Source of the DNA: Candidatus Omnitrophota bacterium
GTDB taxonomy: Bacteria > Omnitrophota > Gorgyraeia > Gygaellales > Profunditerraquicolaceae
NCBI GenBank assembly: GCA_023247825.1
Contig: JAHFFR010000001.1
Coordinates: forward strand, 23,009 to 87,008
Direction of reading: 5' to 3'
Length of the DNA stretch: 64,000 nucleotides
Every line of letters starts with the position of its first letter. Position 1 is the first letter of the stretch. The translations under genes and the position numbers were made by a program. The notes under the pieces are model-generated. The model was not told the DNA's origin. It saw nothing but the letters and a program-made list of their open reading frames with translations, and ran no database searches. Shown here piece by piece: positions 58,983-64,000 of this stretch.

Positions 58983-59459
58983 TTACTCAAGTAACCGCGC
59001 AAAAGTCTTTGATTCAAGGAAATTAACTTCACCTGGCTCTTCAAGAAACCGGCTGACATCATTTCTAACTTTTGCCCAATCTAATCCCTCGGCAACTTTT
59101 CTAATTTCTGATTTCCAGTTTTGCGAATCAATCTTAACTGGCTCTTGCGATGTCTGAGCCATAGCGTTATTGAGCATAATATAATTCGGCTCTAGTTCTT
59201 TAAATTTTGTCAAATACCACAATAAATCATACCAATCCCTTCCCTTAGTATACTTGCGGCACAGAAGTGCATGCACTTTACCTGCAAGTAAAGAAGCTAA
59301 ATCATAATGAAGGACATAGAACATAGATGTTGAATTATACACATCGCTAACCTCCAAACCCCCCTGAGGCGGCTTGGAGTCAATCTCCACTTTGATAAAA
59401 ATCTTTTGTGTTTTTAACGGGCTTAAACCTGTTTCAAAAAGGATGTCGGAGAATGTCAA
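58983..59459 (-). pseudogene. N-terminally truncated AbiEii/AbiGii-family (DUF1814) nucleotidyltransferase toxin, C-terminal ~55% only
   Basis: VHALLCRKYTKGRDWYDLLWYL matches the family C-terminal signature. The N-terminal NTase motif is absent. REP copy B lies immediately upstream. Confidence 0.55.
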
Positions 59460-59474
59460 GGAAAACTTGATGTC

Positions 59475-59505
59475 GGGGACAGTCCCAAAAGGCGGGACAG
59501 TCCCC
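59475..59505. repeat. REP-like element copy B: GGGGACAGTCCC-AAAAGGC-GGGACAGTCCCC
   Basis: Lies between the ORF6N stop and the start of the AbiEii fragment. Confidence 0.8.
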
Positions 59506-59506
59506 T

Positions 59507-59890
59507 CTATTTCCCAGCTACAAGCAATTTTTTAATCGCCTCAAATATAACCTGAATGTCCGTTTCGTGTAATTGATATTTTCGCTCTAATTCTTCAAGT
59601 TTCTCTGCCAGCTCTTTATGTGTTAATAACAACTCACGTAATTTAACGAATGCCCGCATGATGGTAATGTTTACCCAAATGGCCTGCTTAGATTTAAGTA
59701 CACTAGAAAGCATTGCTACGCCTTGTTCTGTAAAGACATACGGCAAGTGCCTTCTTCCTCCCCAACTTGATATTCCTTTTTGGAATATCAAGTTTTTGCA
59801 CTCTTTTTTAGTTAACTGAAACATAAAATCTTCCGGGAAACGATCAATATTCCGTAATTTCTTAAAAAGGAATGGTAATTCCGGCTTCAA
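59507..59890 (-). CDS. ORF6N-domain protein, N-terminally truncated
   Basis: [21 protein letters not shown]...[27 protein letters not shown]...MRAFVKLRE is the canonical ORF6N core. The usual ~35 N-terminal residues are missing. The start overlaps the upstream gene. Confidence 0.6.
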   Translation of the reverse strand: MKPELPFLFKKLRNIDRFPEDFMFQLTKKECKNLIFQKGISSWGGRRHLPYVFTEQGVAMLSSVLKSKQAIWVNITIMRAFVKLRELLLTHKELAEKLEELERKYQLHETDIQVIFEAIKKLLVAGK

Positions 59891-60605
59891 TCCCCTGTTG
59901 GCCTTTACGGGATTTTAGCCTTATAAATGCTTCGGCGTCAAGATGTTCCAGGAATTTATGCGTCATGGTAAGGCTGATGCCTAAAGGATGGCCAAGCTCA
60001 TTCCTAAGCGCGAAAATAACTTTATTTCGGCCAAAGGTTACCTCTGCCCCAAATTCCATTGCCCTGATATTCCCCTGGCCATAATCTATCTGAAAATTTA
60101 GCCCTAAATTACGGCCAAACTTCCATTCTCCATATAGAATAAGTAGTTGGCTGGATGCGGCCAAGCGGCTTTGACGCATGCCTACGCCGATACGGTAGCG
60201 GATCTGGCCTTTTTTAGGATAAAGCGTGGGCGATTCAAGTTGGACCTTGAATTCAAAGCGGGAGGTTGAGCTGGCTTCAAAGATATAGACTAGCCGATCC
60301 TCTGAAGGCAATTGCCAATACCCTCTGAAGGTTAATGTGTCACGCCCATCTTCGGATGTATATTCAATCTGCTGATTTTTGTTTAACTTCCAGCTTCCCT
60401 TAAAGGTATAAGTTTGAGGCGGGCCTTTGCGCAAAGCAACCTCAAAGACAAGCTCATTGTATTCATTGGCGCGCCAGGTGCCTTTAAGTTTAAGTATGCG
60501 CAGGCGCTGGCGGTTGGTTTTGGATTCAGTCTGGATGGTTTCGATTACGAGAGAGCCGGATTCAGCGGCGATAAAACGCTTGCGGATATTATCGGTTGGC
60601 TTCAT
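59862..60605 (-). CDS. Hypothetical beta-rich protein, no recognisable family
   Basis: 247 aa. No signal peptide or TM helix. Locally higher GC content. Translationally coupled (17-bp overlap) to the epimerase gene upstream. Confidence 0.35.
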   Translation of the reverse strand: MKPTDNIRKRFIAAESGSLVIETIQTESKTNRQRLRILKLKGTWRANEYNELVFEVALRKGPPQTYTFKGSWKLNKNQQIEYTSEDGRDTLTFRGYWQLPSEDRLVYIFEASSTSRFEFKVQLESPTLYPKKGQIRYRIGVGMRQSRLAASSQLLILYGEWKFGRNLGLNFQIDYGQGNIRAMEFGAEVTFGRNKVIFALRNELGHPLGISLTMTHKFLEHLDAEAFIRLKSRKGQQGIEAGITIPF

Positions 60606-61638
60606 AGATCTGCTTAATCATTTCTTCTATGCCGTATTTATAATTCCAGGATGGGTAGTGCGATTTGAATTTGGAGACGTCGCTGATCCACCAGATATGG
60701 TCGCCGATGCGGTTAGAATCAATATAATCATATTCAAATTCCTCGCCCGTCAGCCCCTCGCACAGCTCAATCGCCTCAAGGATGGAAACATTGGCAAACC
60801 TGCCTCCGCCAATATTGTAAACTTCGCCGCAGCGGGGTGCCTGGAAATAATGGTAAAAGGCATTGACCAGGTCGAAAGAATGGATGTTATCCCTGACCTG
60901 TTTGCCTTTATACCCGTAAATCTTATATTTGTATTTTCTTACCGCGCATTTTACCAGGTATGATAAAAATCCGTGAAGCTCTGCCCCGGAATGCGCAGGG
61001 CCGGTCAGGCATCCGCCGCGGAAAATTCCCGTGCGCAGATGGAAATACTTTCCATATTCCTGCACCATGATATCCGCCGCAACTTTTGAGGCGCCGAAAA
61101 CCGAATGCAGGCAATTATCAATGCTCATTGACTCATCAATTCCTTTGAAATACTTGTGGCCATCTGAAATCTCAAAACGTTTTTCTTTTTCAATCAAAGG
61201 AAGCCGGTTAGGAGTATCGCCATAGACTTTGTTGGTAGAGGTAAAAATAAAGACCGCGCGGGGAGAGAATTTACGCAGGGCCTCAAGCATAACAAGGGTT
61301 CCGTCGGCATTGACCCCGAAATCAACCGCAGGATCCTTAGCCGCCCAATCATGGGACGGCTGGGCCGCGGCGTGCACAATTAAGGCGATATCTTTGTTGT
61401 ATTTTCTAAATATTGAATTTATTTTACGCTGATTGCGGATATCTACGGAATAATGGCGGTAGTTTTTATGCAGTTTCTGAAGGCGTTTTTGATTCCAAAG
61501 GATTGAGCCGTCTGCGCCAAAGAAGCTTTTGCGCATATTGTTATCAATGCCGACGATATCAAAGCCCTTTTCGGCAAAGAAACTCACGGTCTCCGAGCCA
61601 ATTAACCCGCAGGAACCTGTGACTAAAACAATGGACAT
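60589..61638 (-). CDS. NAD-dependent epimerase, CDP-paratose/tyvelose 2-epimerase-like
   Basis: [31 protein letters not shown] and NIGGG motifs. 349 aa. A strong SD (AAGGAAAAC) precedes it. Confidence 0.7.
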   Translation of the reverse strand: MSIVLVTGSCGLIGSETVSFFAEKGFDIVGIDNNMRKSFFGADGSILWNQKRLQKLHKNYRHYSVDIRNQRKINSIFRKYNKDIALIVHAAAQPSHDWAAKDPAVDFGVNADGTLVMLEALRKFSPRAVFIFTSTNKVYGDTPNRLPLIEKEKRFEISDGHKYFKGIDESMSIDNCLHSVFGASKVAADIMVQEYGKYFHLRTGIFRGGCLTGPAHSGAELHGFLSYLVKCAVRKYKYKIYGYKGKQVRDNIHSFDLVNAFYHYFQAPRCGEVYNIGGGRFANVSILEAIELCEGLTGEEFEYDYIDSNRIGDHIWWISDVSKFKSHYPSWNYKYGIEEMIKQIYEANR

Positions 61639-61651
61639 ATGTTTTCCTTTA

Positions 61652-61697
61652 AATTAGGGACAGCGGCTATTTATTTAAATAGTCGCTGTCCCTAATT
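61652..61697. repeat. Intercistronic 46-bp inverted repeat AATTAGGGACAGCG-G-CTATTTATTTAAATAG-T-CGCTGTCCCTAATT
   Basis: A near-perfect hairpin overlapping the last two codons and stop of rmlB and ending ~15 bp before the SD of the next gene. It shares the AATT-GGGACAG core with the REP copies. The T-tract on the transcribed strand is weak. Confidence 0.55.
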
Positions 61698-62729
61698 AAT
61701 ATAAAGCTTATTAATATCTTTTAACTTACTCTTAAGCCAGGCTTGATGCTTGAGCGACCAAGCTACGGTAAGCTTAAGGCCCTGCGCAAGTGAAACGCCC
61801 GGCTTCCAGCCAAGCTCTCTGGTAATTTTTCCTGAATCAAGGCTGTATCTTATATCATGGCCTAAACGGTCTTTAACAAACTCAAATCTATTCCGGCTGG
61901 CTCCAAGAGTTTTTAGTAATAATTTTACCGTATCAATATTCTTACTCTCGCAGGCGCTCCCTAAATTATACGCCTCTCCTATTTTGCCCTTGTTCATAAT
62001 TGCCAGGATGCCGGCCACGCAATCGTCAACATAAAGCCATTCGCGGACATTTAGCCCTTTGCCATAAACCGGGATTTTTCCGCCGCCTAATATTCTAAGG
62101 ATAGCAAGCGGGATCAATTTCTCAGGATACTGCCAGGGGCCGTAATTATTTGAAGGGCGGATAATTATCGCGGGAAATTTGTAAGTCCTGATATATGACT
62201 GCACTAAAAGATCGGCTGCTGCTTTAGAAGCCGCGTAAGGGCTGTTAGGCTTAATCGGAGAATTCTCGTTGAACTTGCCATTGGCAATTTCTCCGTAGAC
62301 TTCGTCTGTAGAAATAAAAATAAATTTCTTTGCATTATATTTACGGCCGGCATCGAGGAGAATTTGTGTTCCTTTAATGTTGGTTTCGATAAACGGAGTG
62401 GCGTCGTTAATGCTGCGGTCGACGTGGCTCTCAGCGGCGAAATGCACCACAATACCCGGATTTTCTTTTTTGAAAATTGAGTCAATCTTCTGCTTATCGC
62501 AAATATCAACTTGATAGAAATTGGGGACAGTCCCCTTCGGGGACAGTCCCCAATTAAGCCTCTTAAGGTCGCCGGCGTAGGTGAGGCTGTCTACTACGAT
62601 AACCTCGAAAGATTGAGATTGCTTCCCCGCCACAGAACTTTGGCGGGTCGCAATGACACGCCTCACAAATGCGCTGCCGATAAAACCCGCGCCGCCGGTA
62701 ACTAGGATTTTAGGTATTCTTTTACGCAT
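61692..62729 (-). CDS. rmlB: dTDP-glucose 4,6-dehydratase with a REP-like palindrome embedded in-frame
   Basis: ILVTGGAGFIGSAFV, SLTYAGDLKRL, PYAASK and ISTDEVYG motifs. 345 aa. Confidence 0.85.
   Translation of the reverse strand: MRKRIPKILVTGGAGFIGSAFVRRVIATRQSSVAGKQSQSFEVIVVDSLTYAGDLKRLNWGLSPKGTVPNFYQVDICDKQKIDSIFKKENPGIVVHFAAESHVDRSINDATPFIETNIKGTQILLDAGRKYNAKKFIFISTDEVYGEIANGKFNENSPIKPNSPYAASKAAADLLVQSYIRTYKFPAIIIRPSNNYGPWQYPEKLIPLAILRILGGGKIPVYGKGLNVREWLYVDDCVAGILAIMNKGKIGEAYNLGSACESKNIDTVKLLLKTLGASRNRFEFVKDRLGHDIRYSLDSGKITRELGWKPGVSLAQGLKLTVAWSLKHQAWLKSKLKDINKLYIN
62523..62551. repeat. REP-like element copy C: GGGGACAGTCCCC-TTC-GGGGACAGTCCCC, inside the rmlB coding sequence
   Basis: Lies within AATT...AATT flanks. 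On the coding strand it reads AAT TGG GGA CTG TCC CCG AAG GGG ACT GTC CCC AAT = NWGLSPKGTVPN. It replaces the variable loop between the LTYAGxLxxL and FxxxDICD segments of RmlB. Confidence 0.85.
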
Positions 62730-63523
62730 TCTTCAAGTACAGAATTAATATTCCTGACTTTGAATCCAGTTTTTTCAAGCTTACTTGTAGACAAAATCAG
62801 ATTAGTCCTGGCTAATCCGAGCTTACGGAAATCAATAACAGTATACTTAAATCCCGGGACATATTTTTGATAAACCTTCATAAGTTCGGGATAACGCAAG
62901 CCGCCCTTATTCACCACGTTATAAATCCCGCGGGCATCAATCTTTATCAAATGCTTAACTGCTTTAATAAAATCAGGAACATAGGTTACGGAATTGGGGA
63001 TATCAATAACCTTCCTGTATTTTATAAGCTTATCTAATACGTTCTTAGGATGCTTGGCATTATGTAAAGGGATCCTGATTCTTGTGATCAAAATATTATA
63101 CTCCTTTGACAGTGCCTCGAGGGCTGTTTCAGAATAAATCTTGCTGCGGCTGTAAAATAATTTAAAGAAATAATCCCGGCTGTCTTCTTTTATCGGCTTA
63201 TCTTTTTTATAATCAAAGTTAAAAATACACCCGCTGCTTATGTGCGCCAGTTTTATATTATTGCGTAAAGCCGCCTCTGCCAGCATCACCGGGATAAAGC
63301 TATTGGCCAGTAATGCCGCATCCTTTTCCAGCTCGCAGTCATCGACATTGCGCCTGCCGGTAATACCGATGCAATTAATGATTATTTTAGGATGGTATTT
63401 TTTAATCAGATTATCGGCATCGCGAAAACAATTTATCCTTGAGCCGTCAACCCTACAGTCAAATTCTTTCTGCAACCTTTCGCCGATAAAACCTTTCCCT
63501 AAAATTAAAATATTCTTATTCAT
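62702..63523 (-). CDS. rmlD: dTDP-4-dehydrorhamnose reductase
   Basis: ILILGKGFIGERL and the RmlD fold pattern. 273 aa. Confidence 0.8.
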   Translation of the reverse strand: MNKNILILGKGFIGERLQKEFDCRVDGSRINCFRDADNLIKKYHPKIIINCIGITGRRNVDDCELEKDAALLANSFIPVMLAEAALRNNIKLAHISSGCIFNFDYKKDKPIKEDSRDYFFKLFYSRSKIYSETALEALSKEYNILITRIRIPLHNAKHPKNVLDKLIKYRKVIDIPNSVTYVPDFIKAVKHLIKIDARGIYNVVNKGGLRYPELMKVYQKYVPGFKYTVIDFRKLGLARTNLILSTSKLEKTGFKVRNINSVLEECVKEYLKS

Positions 63524-64000
63524 CTTTTAAGTAAATCCTTTAAATATTCACCGTAGCTGTTGGGTGTCCGGCTGGCAAGCCTGGTTAATTGTTCCTTATT
63601 AATATAGCCCATACGGTATGCCACCTCTTCAATGCAGCCGATTTTTAAACCCTGCCTATCCTCTATTGTTTTAATAAAAATTGAAGCATCAATTAGAGAT
63701 TCGCTTGTTCCGGTATCAAGCCAGGCATGCCCGCGCCCGAGAAACTCCGCTTTAAGTTTTCCTTTTTTGATATATTCATTATTTACCGCGGTAATCTCAA
63801 GCTCCCCTCTTAGAGAAGGCCTAATACCCTTGGCGATCTCGACCACATTATTATCATAGAAATATAGGCCCGAAACAGCCCAATTAGATTTTGGTTTCTT
63901 GGGCTTTTCTTCGATTGAGATTACTTTACATTTTTTATTAAATTCAAGCACGCCATAGCGGCCGGGGTCTTTTACATAGTAACCGAAAATTACCGCGCCA
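63520..64000 (-). CDS. rmlA: Glucose-1-phosphate thymidylyltransferase, C-terminal part (the gene continues past the window end)
   Basis: Read through the window edge, the translation is ...AVIFGYYVKDPGRYGVLEFNKKCKVISIEEKPKKPKSNWAVSGLYFYD...GRGHAWLDTGT, canonical for RmlA. The M in the ORF track is only an in-frame GTG. Confidence 0.85.
   Translation of the reverse strand, partial: GAVIFGYYVKDPGRYGVLEFNKKCKVISIEEKPKKPKSNWAVSGLYFYDNNVVEIAKGIRPSLRGELEITAVNNEYIKKGKLKAEFLGRGHAWLDTGTSESLIDASIFIKTIEDRQGLKIGCIEEVAYRMGYINKEQLTRLASRTPNSYGEYLKDLLKR

Noticed and set aside
58806-58994. Plus-strand 62-aa ORF in the 320-bp gap
   Set aside because: It is low-complexity, starts on TTG, and spans the partial MITE arm and a poly-C run. 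It is most likely non-coding.
60427-60963. 178-aa plus-strand ORF
   Set aside because: It is fully antisense to two well-supported minus-strand genes in a locally GC-richer segment, which is a typical spurious antisense frame.
58409-62551. A possible CRISPR array from the GGGGACAGTCCCC repeats
   Set aside because: There are only two units per locus. The units are palindromic, the spacers are 3-7 bp, the loci are scattered over 4 kb, and no cas genes are present. A REP/MITE-like interpretation fits better.
1-64000. tRNA, rRNA, riboswitch or integrase/transposase genes
   Set aside because: I could recognise none by eye. Coding density on the minus strand leaves little room for them, and the few gaps do not resemble tRNA cloverleaf lengths or motifs.

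Overview
This 64-kb window is AT-rich (about 40% GC) and bacterial. Essentially every credible gene (about 70) lies on the minus strand, many joined by 4-20 bp overlaps (ATGA/TAATG) and many starting with TTG. Together they form one giant glycan-biosynthesis supercluster, described here in order of transcription (right to left). It opens with rmlA (partial, right edge), rmlD and rmlB, followed by a CDP-tyvelose-2-epimerase-like gene. A short mosaic junction follows, carrying toxin and defence gene debris. The main block then begins with an HddC-like nucleotidyltransferase, a Gmd/Rmd-like enzyme and the Wzm/Wzt ABC exporter. It continues through two split transketolases, two E1alpha/E1beta ThDP pairs, two cobalamin-radical-SAM enzymes and two TylC3-type C-methyltransferases. 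It also holds at least six further SAM methyltransferases, Gmd, an RmlC-like cupin, three Fcl-like reductases, a GHMP heptose kinase (HddA-like), GmhA, and an HldE-like kinase/nucleotidyltransferase with inverted domain order. The remaining enzymes are a His-variant ColD/E1-like PLP 3-dehydrase, about eleven glycosyltransferases and Wzx-like and Wzy-like membrane proteins. The cluster ends at the left edge with a small PglC-type initiating sugar transferase and a partial CapD/PglF-like dehydratase. The enzyme set predicts a heavily C- and O-methylated, possibly C-branched (deoxy)heptose-containing polymer. On top of this there are clear signs of recent plasticity. A 303-bp perfect direct repeat brackets an inserted DUF4143 AAA+ ATPase gene inside the 3' end of an epimerase gene. 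A GGGGACAGTCCCC REP-like hairpin family occurs four times, once embedded in-frame in rmlB. A 91-bp MITE-like element truncates a Gmd/Rmd paralogue. There are pseudogene remnants (E1beta, Wzz, AbiEii, ORF6N) and tandem paralogues with gene-conversion tracts. I found no rRNA, tRNA or CRISPR array. All plus-strand ORFs in the track look like antisense artefacts.
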